DNA of 64,000 bases from Diadema antillarum (GCF_040938485.1 NW_027271475.1:2046001-2110000); one strand, 5' to 3'. Shown: positions 36,436-60,930, numbered from the stretch's first letter. Notes: a model not told the origin generated them from the sequence alone. Translations and numbers: made by a program.

Positions 36436-37943
36436 GTTGTATTGAATGTCTTTACAAGTTCACCAATAATCATCTTCCGACTGTTACAGCGAAGCGGACG
36501 AGACGTCAAAATGATCATTCAGAATAGAGGACTGATTTTGACGTATTATACCAATTCTTGTCATCATCACTTTTTAATTACTTCACTCAAAATCATGCTC
36601 AATTCTGGATAGTTTGGATAGTTATAATCAATTAGCCGAGTTTTCACACTTTCGAAGCCTCGTTCAATTGCCGACATGACCAGATATTGAAAGCTTTTCT
36701 GCATATCAACGTATCGACTTAAAACACGTGATGTTGTTGTGGTATACCATTGGACAGATATTAAGGTACATGCTGTTAATTACTGCACTTTGCAACAAGA
36801 AGTTGTGGGCCAACTTGACAATTTTTGCACAATTCTCTATATGCCTCGCTTCTTTCATTCATTGTTTGCCACATGGATTGAGATCAGTGTAAAAATGACA
36901 TTATCAGATTACTCTTATTAGCATGTTTATGACAACTCTTATTAGCATGTTTAGAAGCACGGTAAGACGGGTCAAATCGTAATTCAGCCTTTATCCCAAT
37001 TAAGTTATTCAAGGAGAATTTTCATACTTCATCAAGCAAACTGCTCCTTAGAACGGGGTCAGAGAACCATTTTTTTTTTCATTACAAACATTACACAAGG
37101 AACATCAGATCAATGAAATAAAACGACCAAGGTAAAGCAAAATGCACATTTGAAGTAAGCCCATGCATTTATCTTACATGATGACAAACGCCGTCACGAG
37201 GCGTATTATATTGTTTCCTTGTTTCCCACACATGCGTGTCTTCGCCTGTAAAGCAGTGTTTCAACTTGCCGTCTGGTATTTGCACGATCTCTTTATAATG
37301 TCTTTAAATATTACTGAACAGTATAGATTCACACTAATGTTACACAGTATGTTCATGCCACGCACCGGTTCCCCCAGTCGGTATATTAAAAAGGACGTCC
37401 TTGAGCGACAAGAGAGTAGAGTTGAGAGCTACAATACCGTGTGGGAATGTTTTCCATGTCAGCGTGGCTCCTTTGACTGCAGACCGCTGTGCGCAGCAAG
37501 ATGTGAAAAGTTCCCATCACAGTTCGCAACGTAACTAAAATGGTTGCTTTTTTAATTAATAGGTCACCTGACAGCCATCTAATGTTGACTTCCACCGATC
37601 CGTATAGGTTTACAAATCGCAAATTCTAGACTTTTAAAAAAAAATCAAAATGTGTATTTGCAGATTATTTGATAATTCTGTGCAAGATTAATTTTTCGTG
37701 CAGACGGTAATAAGATAACAACACTCTGGACTGCCTTCCGTGATGTCATCAACAGTAAAATCAGATGAAGTAGGGGCCACAATGGCTAAAATTTTAGACA
37801 CCTTTGACTATATCTAATGCACATATTTCACAGTTGCAGGACAGGCCTGGGTTCATAGAATAACACTTTAGAACCTTTCAATTATGACGGTCATTGTTAT
37901 GTACCATTGTAGGCAATGTCCCAGGAATGAACAGGTGTGGCAG

Positions 37944-38202
37944 GGTTACAGCTCGGTATTCCGAAGGTAATTCGTTATTCCGAAGGTAATTCGTTATTCC
38001 GAAGGCTCTTCAGTCCGAAGATTCGTTATTCCGAAGGTTCGTTATCCCGAATTTCATTTTCGGATCAACAAATCTTCGGAATAACGAACCTTCGGAATAA
38101 CGCCACAAATGTTCGGATTAACGAACCACTAGGTACAGGGAATTTGTGTGTTTCGGATTAAGGAACCTTTCGGAATAACGAACCTTCGGAATAACAGCAC
38201 CC
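37944..38202. mobile_element. Foldback family FB-A copy B, with 16-bp subrepeats and a 9-bp TSD
   Basis: GGTTCGTTATTCCGAA units invert at mid-element; GTGTGGCAG is repeated at 37935-37943 and 38203-38211. Confidence 0.9.
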
Positions 38203-38230
38203 GTGTGGCAGTATAGGCCCCTATACTGCA

Positions 38231-38340
38231 CAGTTCACTCCCGTTGTAACGAGCACGGTTGTAACGAAATATTCGTTGCAACGAAGTAAAAATTCGGGTC
38301 AAAAGAATATTATCTATAGGCCTATACATTTATGTACTTT
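38231..38340. mobile_element. Left end of a pogo/Tigger-like MITE, truncated by the gap
   Basis: CAGTTCACTCCCGTTGTAACGAGCACGGTTGTAACGAAA.., a CAGT start with repeated GTTGTAACGA motifs; no right end visible. Confidence 0.45.
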
Positions 38341-38486
38341 NNNNNNNNNNNNNNNNNNNNNNNNNNNNNNNNNNNNNNNNNNNNNNNNNNNNNNNNNNNN
38401 NNNNNNNNNNNNNNNNNNNNNNNNNNNNNNNNNNNNNNNNNNNNNNNNNNNNNNNNNNNNNNNNNNNNNNNNNNNNNNNNNNNNNN
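38341..38486. other. Assembly gap (N run)
   Basis: Run of n characters. Confidence 1.
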
Positions 38487-38876
38487 GAGGTCTGCGTTAA
38501 AATGGGAGTGTATACTCTATGCGAATCTTGTTATAAATTATAGTGAGCCGGTGCACCTGGTTATTGCACGATGCGTACCTTGCATAAGTTATTGTTAAAA
38601 TGCTTATTTCAGCTGACTTAATTTATTTCTGATTACGTCACCTAAAGCAAAACAAAAATGAGGAGTATGGAGATTAGCGGGTGCAAAAAAAAATTGAAGT
38701 GATAACATTTGATGCACGTTTCTATCAAAGAATTCCTGACTCAAGACCTAATTCACAGTAACAGTGATCATCATGGACACAGAACCAGAATTGGATGTTA
38801 GGGGGTCTTTTAAGATGAATCTTATTTCTTTCTTAGCAGTGTTTATCTGGATAGGTAGCCTACAAGTAGCACACAA

Positions 38877-38877
<1 letters not shown>

Positions 38878-38922
<45 letters not shown>
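38878..38922. repeat. (CA)n microsatellite
   Basis: Read directly. Confidence 0.97.
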
Positions 38923-38924
<2 letters not shown>

Positions 38925-40150
38925 AGACGCACACAGCATGGACGATGAACATGACTTACGATGTCAGAAGAACATATAAATGACAATTTTCACTTGAAAT
39001 CTTTCATGCTTTTTATCTGGTTAGAGATGAAAGCATAACATAACTGTATTTCTATCTATAATGCCAGAATGTAATTATATATGTTTGTACACACACACAC
39101 ATACATGCATATATGCATACATATACAGTGCATGCAGTGTATGGTATAGTATGCCATTTTAACGTTGAAAGTTAAGCCTTTGATATAAAGGTATATCGTC
39201 ATTTGATTAAGAACAGAGACAGGTAACGATTTATTTTGTAATGAGTGTAGACGCCAAGTCCTTCACTGAAACAAAGCAACAAAAAAGTACCATTACCCTG
39301 TGAAAAGCATAGAATATAAACGAATAGACCTGACGGCTGATTCCAATATACCGTAATCTGGCCAGCTGCCCTTGCTTGAAGATGTATTAGGCTTGCAACA
39401 TCCATGGATACTTCATTTTTTTTTTCGCTGTGATTAACACGATAAACAGACAGACAGACAGACAGACACACATACCAACACCAAGAGCCGCGGAATGTGT
39501 GTTTTTTGTTTGCTTTTTTTTTTTCGGGGGGGGGGGGGCCCTCCGGGACGATGTTATTAGTATATATTTTAATCAGCTCAGTAAAGAGACAAATTAGTTT
39601 TTCATTTTCAAGTGGAGAATCAATTTTTGACACTTAAAGTCGTTTTGAACTGTTCTTTAGGATATAAAGTCTGATATTACATTATTGTAGTGTATAATTT
39701 TCAAATTATAATCCTGCAATTGTTTTGTTTCATTTTGTTCAATAGAAAATAATTGCCTCCGCAACTTATCGATATAATTGAAAATGAATCGTTTCCTCTG
39801 CTCATGTTAGGCACATCCATATGACTACACGCAGATTGGGGTGTATCCTCCTTTCAGCAGATGGTAATAAACTTGACGTATAAAATGTACGAAACATGAA
39901 GCACGCATGTGCATCATTTGAGAGCTGTCTATTTAAGGTTCTTGGAATCTGTGTGTGTGGCGGTTTCTGCTTTTTTTTTTCCCATAATGTTTTCAGGGTG
40001 TGCACTGAAGAAAAAAAAATCCACTTCCAACATTGGATGTACGAGGAAGAATTCGTGGAATTCGCAAGGGAGAGCACGATGAAGTGCCGATGGAGGCAGA
40101 AGGGGTGTGACGTGGGGAAGGAAGGGGGAGCTGCGCCCCTATGTCTGATA

Positions 40151-40530
40151 CAGATATTGGTTGTTATTCCGAAGGTTCGTTATTTCGGAATTAGGTTCGT
40201 ATTTCGTTGTCAGGCACCTTCTTTTCACTTTCGGGTTTGTCCGTAACAAACCGTTGTATAACGAACCTATTTCATTTCTTAATTGACGAACCTTCAGAAT
40301 AACTAACATTATTTCGTTTTCGGATCAATGAACCTTCGGAATAACGAACCTTCGGAATAACGCCACAAATGTTTTGATTAATGAGTCCCTTGTATAATGT
40401 TCTGATTAACGAACCTTCTATAGGTATACATGGAATAGGGAATTTCTGTCTTTCAAAATAACGATCCTTCAGAATAACGAACCTCATTTCACTTCCGGGT
40501 TAACGAACCTTCGGAATAACAAACATCACT
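40151..40530. mobile_element. Foldback family FB-A copy C
   Basis: Same subrepeats and AGGGAATTT core; TGTCTGATA at 40142-40150 and 40531-40539 is a possible TSD. Confidence 0.82.
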
Positions 40531-40951
40531 TGTCTGATAAAATATGTGCTTGAATGATGCCCTTGGTAACAGTTTGTCCAGATCTGAACTCGGTGACATC
40601 GATGTTCGAGTTCTGGATACACAGCGGACCACTAATTTTCTTTTAAACGCGTTCATCAGTAACCGATTAGTCTCAGATCTTTTCTCCATTCTTACTAGTG
40701 TACAGAAAAATTAAGAGAAATAGTATACCCAGTGTCATTTTTTTATAGTCTTGTGTTTTCTTTGACTGTCTATTTTTGTTCTGTTACGTTCTGCTTTCGG
40801 TGCAGATATCAGATTTCGATGCTATTCGCTACGGTTAACAAATTTTCTGTTAATCATTTAACAGTGACAGATTGATCGCTTTATCACATCTTATCTCTTT
40901 TTTTTTATGCTTCTATACAAAAAGGAAGAGATGCAGCAAACCGGGGGGGGG

Positions 40952-41116
40952 GGGGCGTTTCATGAAGGAACTTGTCGGATAAAATGTCCGACAAGTCAAT
41001 TATATCCGACAAGTTCAGAGAAATCAGCCAATCAGACTAAAGATTTTCTCAAAACTTGTCGGATATTATTGACTTGTCAGATATTTTATCCGACAAGTTC
41101 CTTCATGAAATGCCCC
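40952..41116. mobile_element. 165-bp hairpin MITE
   Basis: 34-bp TIR GGGGC(G/A)TTTCATGAAGGAACTTGTCGGATAAAAT (33/34) with internal ACTTGTCGGATA subrepeats. Confidence 0.9.
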
Positions 41117-42162
41117 CCTGGTGTCACATATCTCTGTGCTTTCTTTGATTACCTGCTTTAATTTTGTTCTGTTGTGTTCCGCTAAGGGCGCGGATTGATT
41201 CCCATGTCATCGAATCTGCTGGTTTATGATAAGAAAAGACGTGGTGCTTTATTATCGTCATGACGCTTAAAGGAGGACTATGGATGATTTTCAGATTTTT
41301 ACATTTAAACAACGACATGAGTTGGTTATATACTGGGTACAGAGTTGTAAATTTTATAATAATTTGGACGAGGATTAAGAATGTTTTGTAAAACTCATAA
41401 CAAATCACAATGAACAATAATGATGGCATAGTAGCCTCACCTTACAAATACGTGAGCGGAGGTCAATGAAGCAGAACATAAAAAGAAAGCATGGCAAATT
41501 CTACACAGGTGAACTGGTTTAAAGGAATAACATTGCTACATTTCTGAAATATGCGAGGCTCCTACGTCGTAATCCTTGTTCAGAGCAATTTGGGGTTTGT
41601 TTTGTTTTGATTTGTTTTTGTTCTCTGATCAAGGACCACGATAAATTCCACAAAATCTATACATGTAGCTGTCGGTTTATGTACTACATATACGATGTCA
41701 AATTATGAAAATCGTCTGGAGTTCCCCTTTAAAGGAAAGATGATTCTTTATCTCCTTGTGTCTCTCTCTCTATATATATACCAATCTATCCATGAACGAT
41801 TCTTTTATCTATTTATTTTTTTTTTCTCTCTCTCTGTTCATATCTTCCATGATCACTTGACGACAGGAACATTCATATCAACAGACTTCCCTGTCGACTT
41901 TTCTATTGATTGGATGGTGATCAATAAACGCATCAATCTATGACATTGGCAATGAATGACAAGAATTGCCCTCAAAATAACTCTGTTCACCTGGCAACCT
42001 CCCTGTGAGGCAGGAGCACAGACAATGGATCGAATCCGGCGCAAACACGAAAGCTCGCGCCGCCATTGGTTGCCTTCCCTGGATACGCCCCATGTCGGTC
42101 GTCTGTTTTTATTGACAACGGGGGCTGCCGCTGGCAGGCAAGGCACTGCCGTCGAGCCAGGT

Positions 42163-42198
42163 GATATACCAGCGAGTCGAGAGCTGGATGCGCCACTT
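42163..42198 (+). promoter_or_regulatory. Candidate G3 core promoter: weak TATA-like GATATA and initiator CCACTT
   Basis: About 30 nt spacing, in a CpG-rich stretch with an upstream ATTGG (42065-42069), about 75 nt before the ATG. Confidence 0.35.
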
Positions 42199-42270
42199 AC
42201 CACGGATTGCTTACAGCTCATCGCACGTTGCGAGCAGTTTTGTGAACCACCCTTGCCTTAACTAGCCAAA

Positions 42271-45343
<3,073 letters not shown>

Positions 45344-45447
45344 AGCAACTCAAATGTCGTGATTATGGTCTCGTAACCAGACAACTCGCTAGAATCTCCT
45401 TTGCTGTCCAAAGTCAGTCGTAACACGTCATTGTAGTGAGAACTTGC

Positions 45448-45495
45448 AATAAAAAGATTCTCACATCTTTCAAAAGAACACCTCATCGCAATAAA
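45448..45495 (+). terminator. Two polyadenylation signals AATAAA (45448-45453, 45490-45495) of G3
   Basis: About 105 and 147 nt after the stop codon. Confidence 0.6.
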
Positions 45496-46925
45496 GCAAG
45501 TATCTATAGAGATATCCTCAAGTGCAACTTCTTGAGATGAGATATAAAGCCTATTTGCCTTGTCTGTCTCGAATATAATGGTAAAACTGTAGTCATAATT
45601 TGATCTTAGTGACAATTTCTTACATCTAAATAACAAATATCTATAAAATTCCACGTTTAAGACATGGACGTTGTCTCCAGCGTTATCGTTAGACGAAGTT
45701 GCTATCTACCGTCAAGTGCTGTAAGGATACAGATGTAATCGTTTCATCAAGGCTCATCACGTTCATTATACACAGACTGTAGTATGCCTTCTTGTATCGA
45801 GACTACCTGAAATACATACACAGTACCTTGCTTGCACACCTTTCATGATGTCATTTTGTCATTGCATCTTTTACCACTTTCCAAAGCTATCTCTATAAAT
45901 AGTCATTGTAGCTAGAGTGTGCCTCTTGTTCAAGAGTCTTCATTATCCGCTGGTTGGTAGAGTGCGCTGTGCTGCGGATGGTGAGGTCTGGAAAAGCTGA
46001 AGTAAATCATGCCTCTTTTCTTATATAGCAACAATAGCAACTGCGTGGTGAGCAGTGGAGTGAGTGTAGTGTGCATGAAGACAAACGTGTACACTAGAGG
46101 AGTGACGGAATTATCATAAAATCGATTGTGAGTGATGATGTACCCTTGCAAACAAGGCTTCAAGAAAATGTCCTTAACAGAATAGAGTGGGATTTACAGG
46201 ACACAAACGAGCGAGAGAATTGAGAGATTTGTGTTGAGATGAACGTACACGCAGGCCGAATGAATGACTGGATAAATGGGTATATTGGTCCACACGTGTA
46301 GTGGTGACGAATGTGCTGGCCTGTTTGATACAAACAAAACAATAAATGAATTGAAATGGCATGTGAGCGGTATGGTTTTAAGATTTTGATTCCGCGTTTA
46401 CCACACATTTAGTACAACTGGACTTTTCTTCTGATGCAAAAGTCAGTATAAAGGAAATAAATTTTGCATTGTGATATTGTGACAATAAGAGAGATTTTCA
46501 ATTCTCAGGTAGATCGAGTTCAACACGCCTCATCGACCGGTAATGTACCAGACTAATTAAATCACTCCCATACCACAGAACACTCCGAGTCTCAGTGTAT
46601 ATGAATAAAATTAGTTAGCTGGATGATGCCAGTTTTAATTTTGATTAGTTTTAAAACTTTTTTTTTTCGTTTTGTGTTTCATTTTTTTTTTCTGAGTCTG
46701 AGCTTTCGCTCTCAGCAGAATCTTCGTCAGAGGCAAAATTACTTTTTTCTTACCGTTTTTATTTTTTAAGAATTGTATTTTTCGTATTTCACATTCACAA
46801 TAATACGAGGAAGCATGAAAGGTGAGTCTTCAATTCTCTCTTTTTCTTTCTCTCCCTCTCTTATTATTCCCACCATTTCTTTCTCTTGTTGTCCGTCTGC
46901 CTGCGCGTTACACTATGTCCACGTA

Positions 46926-47136
46926 CAGTCAAACCTGTCCATAGCGAGCACCCAAGGGAAACGGAAAAAAGTGGCCGTTATAGACAGGTTAAAATCTACC
47001 GCGGGAAACAAAATATGTGGCCGCTGGCCGCGTTAGACAGGTGGCCGCTATACACAGGGTCTTTAACAGGGCTTTTCTCTCGGGGGATTTTTCAGTGGCC
47101 GCTACAGACAGGTGGCCGCTAAGGCAGGTTTGACTG
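46926..47136. mobile_element. Tc1/mariner-pogo-type MITE
   Basis: TA|CAGTCAAACCTG...CAGGTTTGACTG|TA; internal GACAGGTGGCCGCT repeats. Confidence 0.92.
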
Positions 47137-47357
47137 TATATACCTATGTCTATGACTCTAACAACCGAGCGATAGCATGCAGTTGGTTTCTAGCTCGCTT
47201 ATGCTTGAATCGCTCATTACGTGATGTCGACATATCATATCAAACCTTGTCACGACATCGCATGATTTCATACCATAGCAAATCTTCCCACAAATGTATG
47301 TCACACATAACTATTCATTATCTGATGTATACTTCCCTGCGATGAAGGGAGCAGCTG

Positions 47358-47446
47358 GTTGCCATGACTACGAAGCCCTGCCGCTCAGACTATTAAACCC
47401 GTCACGTTTCGCTCTCAGACGTCACGTGACCAGCGACGATGACTCA
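47358..47446. promoter_or_regulatory. Motif cluster: X-box-like GTTGCCATGACTAC, CRE-like GACGTCA, GTCACGTGAC E-box palindrome, AP-1 TGACTCA
   Basis: Four consensus motifs within 90 bp of CpG-rich sequence between G3 and G4. Confidence 0.4.
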
Positions 47447-48599
47447 TAGCCCCGATATACGACGTCGTCTGATATGGGCGCTGCCCTCACTCACTGTGCA
47501 TGTCGTCAAGTGCACCCCATCGTCGCTTGCTTCATCGTTTGTTATGCCTTTAAGCCAACAGCAGTGTGAAATTCACAAGACACGGACTGCTCTGCGGTCG
47601 TACATGGCATTGATGTGTGCATGGCAATTATGAATATTTTAGCCTTGCTACCAGGCTGTCATTAATGTTACTCCGTTCGGAGTACTTCTTTATAGTCATA
47701 CACAGTGAATGATGTATAGGTTGGTTCATGTTTAATCTGGAAAGACTTAGGAATTACCCATAATCTTTTTGTTTAATCCATAATGAAAAATAACGCAGTA
47801 CGGTTATCGATCTTGTAATTTAAGGCTTTGATTCGTAAATTAGTTAAAAATGATTAGTATGATCCATTTATGACAAAGCATATTTTTCTGCAATACAAGT
47901 TTTTGTTGTGGCAGAAGACATGTCACATATTTGACCTAAGGGCTTATCGCCTCAGTTACGTCTTTTGTTGCAGGTAAACTTTAGACATCCACAGACACAT
48001 AACAATGATAAGACGTGCATGGGAAAGAAATTAGGTAAGTGATCTTTAGACTTGACGTTTTTAACAAATGTATAGTTCATGAACCAGCCGCGACAGACTT
48101 GTTCTTATGCTGAGAGTCAATGTGCCTGGAATACCCATCGACTTCATTATCACAGTAATTTGCAACATAAGGAGCGCGCTTTGACTCTGATCGCGCTTAA
48201 AGTGAAGGGTAAACTTCAACTGCGCAGTGAAATAAGACTTTGCTGATTACAAAAGAAATGGAGGATATATGTCGGTTTCTATTCCAACTTTCAAAAGCGC
48301 AGAGTTGAAGAGACACTGATGTGTACACGAAATCATGAGGTGTAGGGTCAGTGGCTGTGGTATGATGAGCAGAAAATCTTGAGGGGCAAAAGTCTTTCAC
48401 TTTATCCTCACTATACCTCATATTTTCGCCGTCTTTCATGCCTTAAATGAAACTATGGTATAGGCCTAGTAAATATGATTTTATTTCTGCATTTTAAAGT
48501 AAATTAAATGTTAGAATGGTAGTAATCGCAAACAATTTGAAAATCGTTGATTCTTCAATCAAACCATTACGAAAAAGGAGACTGCCATCTTTATGTTAA

Positions 48600-48865
48600 A
48601 GGTACTGTTTACCTTTGGGAGCAGTGATCTATAAAAAATGTTCGAGTTATCACATTTGAGGCATATGTGTACATCAATTGTATCATAAAACATCCTACAT
48701 ACTGTATGAGAATTATTTCGCAATAAAGTCTAAAATATCAGGAGATATCACTATTTTTCTCAACAAACCATAGGCCTAACTGTGGACGGTTTATTCTAGA
48801 AACAATTCTATCACAACTATTGTTCACATTTTGTATGTTTAACAATACTTGACATTGGTTAAACA
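48600..48865. mobile_element. Kolobok-like family K3, copy 1 (right end unresolved)
   Basis: TTAA|AGGTACTGTTTACCTTTGGGAGCAGTGAT; collinear over about 250 bp with the copy at 52090. Confidence 0.65.
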
Positions 48866-50229
48866 TTCTTACATTGGTTATGTCTATCCCTAACTCACAT
48901 TTATCTCTAGAGCTATTTCGAAGCATTATACAAGCTAGATTTTTTGTTTCATCTGCAAATGGTAAATAATGCCTTTAAGCGGAAGCTTGATTTTGATGAC
49001 GGCTTCTTCATTAATATTTCATTATTCAAGATGGCCTTTATATCACACTTCTGTTTTACTTTCAAAAAGGGTCTAGTATTAATTCATACTAGTGATAAGA
49101 GCAAGGGAGGGGTTGGGGGGGGGGGGTAACTGCCCCTGCTGCGTGCGACCTTCGTATCATGATATTATGACGCGATTCGTGCGTGACACACGAACATTTC
49201 AACACCTATACTTCCTTGGTTTGAGCGACAGCACATGCAACATACATAGTAGTAGTCCACATCTTGTGTCCGTATGTATTACAGTGCTCACGAAAGAACA
49301 CTTCTCTATATGTTATAAGGCATTCTGGTCCATGCGTGTCTGCATACATCCGATATACAAGTTTACAATTTGCCGGTTGTTAATTTTTGTTACCCATCAA
49401 TGTATCCGTTCTTTGTTCTTGAAGTTAAAGTCGACACTCCGTTTTCAAGTTGATTGTCAATGTGGAGACTAGAGTAAACACAAACAAAATAGCACAAGTT
49501 TCATTACAAAAAAAAAAATGATGGCAAATCTTAGGTATCAGTGTCATGTGAAACCATACGTGACATCTGCGATGGATGCGGTGTGGCGTTTGGCAAGCAG
49601 ATGCACAACAGCAACTCATGTGAAGCACATGTTTTGGCTAAGAATCCCGAAAGAATTCCAGGAGAGTTTTCATATTTCCTTTTTTTTTGACGTAAGTGTC
49701 TATTCAAGGTTCAGTCTCCCGTTCAAGAGAAACATCACTGCATAATTCAAGTTTAACTTGTGTAGCTATCATGAAATGTGCGCAAATTATGGAAATACCT
49801 TTGAAATTATGGTAGCTGAATTCCCCAGCTCCCCCCCCCCCAAGAAAAAAACAAGCCAAAAAAAAGTAATGATATGTTGTAGGATTTCGTCAGGTTCTGA
49901 TTCTTAACATTGAAAAAATTACATTCTTTCCTGTACCCGTCATTTTTTCCTTGAAAGGGGGAGGGGTGTTATAATGGCACCCTCGTGACATGTCGTGAAG
50001 TGTGTGTTACAGGTGAAACAATACAAAGAAATACACTTCTTGACTAGTAATTTCGTGAATGAATGCCGTTGTTTATCAACATGAGTATGCAGAAAATCTT
50101 TAGCCTGTTCCCAATCCATCACGCGCATTCGACCAGCATATACATGTATATGTACTGGTCGAATACTATACTGATAAGTAATATTCCTAAACAGTTTGTA
50201 GCTGTTTTTTTTAATCATTCTTTACGACC

Positions 50230-50359
50230 NNNNNNNNNNNNNNNNNNNNNNNNNNNNNNNNNNNNNNNNNNNNNNNNNNNNNNNNNNNNNNNNNNNNNNN
50301 NNNNNNNNNNNNNNNNNNNNNNNNNNNNNNNNNNNNNNNNNNNNNNNNNNNNNNNNNNN
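50230..50359. other. Assembly gap (N run)
   Basis: Run of n characters. Confidence 1.
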
Positions 50360-50792
50360 TTTTGATAGTGAATGTCCATCTTATGGACTTATAAGAATTA
50401 ACAAGCACTGCCATCCAATTGCCAATACACAATATCTTTATTCTGTGACATGTCCACATATTTCCCGGGTACAAACACGACGATTATCAGTACAATGTGA
50501 TGCATATGTCAGGCCATCTATGCCTCATTAAATATTCCTCGTTTGGGAAGCGAATAAAGCGTGTACTGAATAAAACATGTCATTACCGCTACACGAATAT
50601 CTCACCTCCATTAGTCCCATACTACGGTCTGCTGCTATCACTGTGAGTAGAGTGAGAGAGGGGGACAGAGGGGGACTTGATTGGGCCGGGCCGGATATTG
50701 ACTGAAAAAGAGAAAATATGAGAGATAATAAAAAAGGGAGACAGAAAGAGAGAGAAAGGGAAGTCCATTCAGCAAGTATATATTGTTATAGG

Positions 50793-51305
50793 GGGTGCTG
50801 TTCGTTATTCCGAAGGTTTGTTATTCCGAAGGTTCGTTAATCCGAAACACACAAATTCCCTATATACCTAGAGGTTCGTTAGTCCGAAAATGAAAAAGGG
50901 TTCGTTAATCCGAACATTAAATGTGGCGTTATTCCGAAGGTTCGTTATTCCGAAGGTTCGTTAATCCGAAAATGAAATAGGGTTCCCTATTCCGAAGGCT
51001 CGTTTATCCGAAAATGAAATAGGGTTCGTTATTCCAAAGGTTCGTTGATCCGAAGTGATATAGGGTCCGTAACGAACCTTTGGAACAACGAGCTTTGTTT
51101 CATTTTCGGATTAACGAACCTTAGGAACAACGAACCTTATTTCATTTTCGGATTAATGAACCTTCGGAATAACAAACCTCATCATATTTTCGGATTAACG
51201 AGCCTTCGGAATAACGAATCTTCGGAATAACGAACCTTCGGAACAACGACCCTTCGGACCAAAGAACCTTCGGAATAACGAACCTTCGGAATAACGAGCT
51301 GTAAC
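50793..51305. mobile_element. Foldback family FB-A copy D (longest; opposite orientation to A-C)
   Basis: Many 16-bp and 27-bp subrepeats inverting mid-element; TGTTATAGG / TGTCATAGG flanks (9 bp, 1 mismatch). Confidence 0.9.
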
Positions 51306-51471
51306 TGTCATAGGTATTGATGTCTCCCACACCGGCCACGTAAAACAAATCATAATTCCAAATTCAATTCAACTTCAAACTTAATTTCAAAATTTAAATT
51401 CAAAGATAACAGATTATCATTATTATCATATGGAGTTGGAGTTAACTATAGCGTGTGGACTTTTGCACATA

Positions 51472-51545
51472 CAATTCAATTCAATTCAAAGGTCTTATTT
51501 TCACTTCTTTCAACAGAATGTACAAAAAGTATAAATTCGACATGC
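51472..51545 (-). repeat. Second copy of the probable retroposon 3' end
   Basis: (CAATT)n followed by TTATTTTCACTTCTTTCAACAGAATGTA..GACATGC. Confidence 0.5.
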
Positions 51546-52089
51546 GTGTGAAGGAATGATACATAGATAGCAAAAAATAACATTTGTCAGTAGTCATTAC
51601 AAAATGAGACATTTTTCATACAAACATATTTATACATTCTGCGAAAAAATGTGGAGGTACCCACTCAAAAGACTATGCTTGTACAATGTGGGCACCTCAC
51701 AGGAGAAAAAAATAGGTGGAAACTTAATTACAAGTGTGCGGGATGAAAAAAAAAAGAAGTGGAAGAGGGGAAAGGGAGGAAACAGAAATAGAAGTAAAGA
51801 GACGAGACAACTAAAAACAAAAAGCCTAGATCAATCGATACATTCAAGATCAAACCAACAGAGACTATTAGCCATATTAGAAGTGTAGAGCGTGGAAAGC
51901 GACGAGAAAGTGATATATACAATTGTATGGAATATTGCTGATAGCGGAACATGTTATCTGTTCTGTGAAGGCACGTGTAATGTAATGCACATGTAGATGG
52001 AGCCAGATATGAATATTTTAGACAGAGGAAATGGGAGAATAGAGGGAGAGGGAGAGAGAGGGAAGAAGCGTTGTACTCGAAGACATTAA

Positions 52090-52555
52090 AGCCACTGTTT
52101 ACCATTGGGAGCAGTGATTAAAAGAATGTTCGATTTACCACATTTGGTGATATGCATCATAAAGTATCCTACCCTATAAAAAATCTGCAAGAAAGTCACA
52201 AATATTATGAGATATCACTAACCTTTTCAATAAACCATAACCGCAGACGGTTTATTGTTGAAACAATTTCGATAAAACTATTGTTCACATTTTGTGTATT
52301 TAACAATACCTAATGTGGTAGGGTACATGGTAGGACAATACGGTATACCAGATACCATGGTAACCATGGATCATCAACCAATTTAACATTAAAAGTCTCA
52401 TAGATATGAGTTGACCAATATGGCACATTTCCAACGAAACACCGTGGGTTGAAATCACTGCTTTCTCTGAGGAATAAAGATAACAGACATTATGATGAAT
52501 TTTACTCTAGATACATTAGGTTTGTTTGTTGTTGGTTTTTAAGGGTAAAGTGTTC
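52090..52555. mobile_element. Kolobok-like family K3, copy 2, ending about 200 bp upstream of the G4 core promoter
   Basis: TTAA|AGCCACTGTTTACCATTGGGAGCAGTGAT; degenerate right end AAGGGTAAAGTG. Confidence 0.6.
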
Positions 52556-52751
52556 AGTAAACTCATTCAGGATGAGCAACAATAACTGAATAAGTGACAC
52601 CTGTGCGCGTTTTCAGTGAGTCAGCATCGGATGAGAACGGGAATGCCAGAAACACTTTCACCATTTTGGGGACAATTGAGCAGATGAGGAGAAAAAGGAC
52701 GCACAACTGTTCGACTGCGCATGCCCCCCACAGGCGCTGGTGTGGCGGCGG

Positions 52752-52789
52752 CATAAAAAACCGCGAACGAGAGTGCGTTTTCATCAGTT
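52752..52789 (+). promoter_or_regulatory. Candidate G4 core promoter: CATAAAA and initiator TCAGTT
   Basis: TATA-like element 33-34 nt upstream of a consensus Inr, 80 nt before the ATG; GC-rich upstream. Confidence 0.55.
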
Positions 52790-52865
52790 GATAACCAAAC
52801 GTCTGCTCAAAGCTCTCTTCGCGACGCTTCGCAGCTCTAGGTATCAATCCAGTTATCTTGCCAAG

Positions 52866-60930
<8,065 letters not shown>

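Noticed and set aside
50793-51305. CRISPR-like regular repeats
   Set aside because: The units are contiguous with no unique spacers, invert mid-element and are flanked by a TSD. There are no cas genes and the context is eukaryotic.
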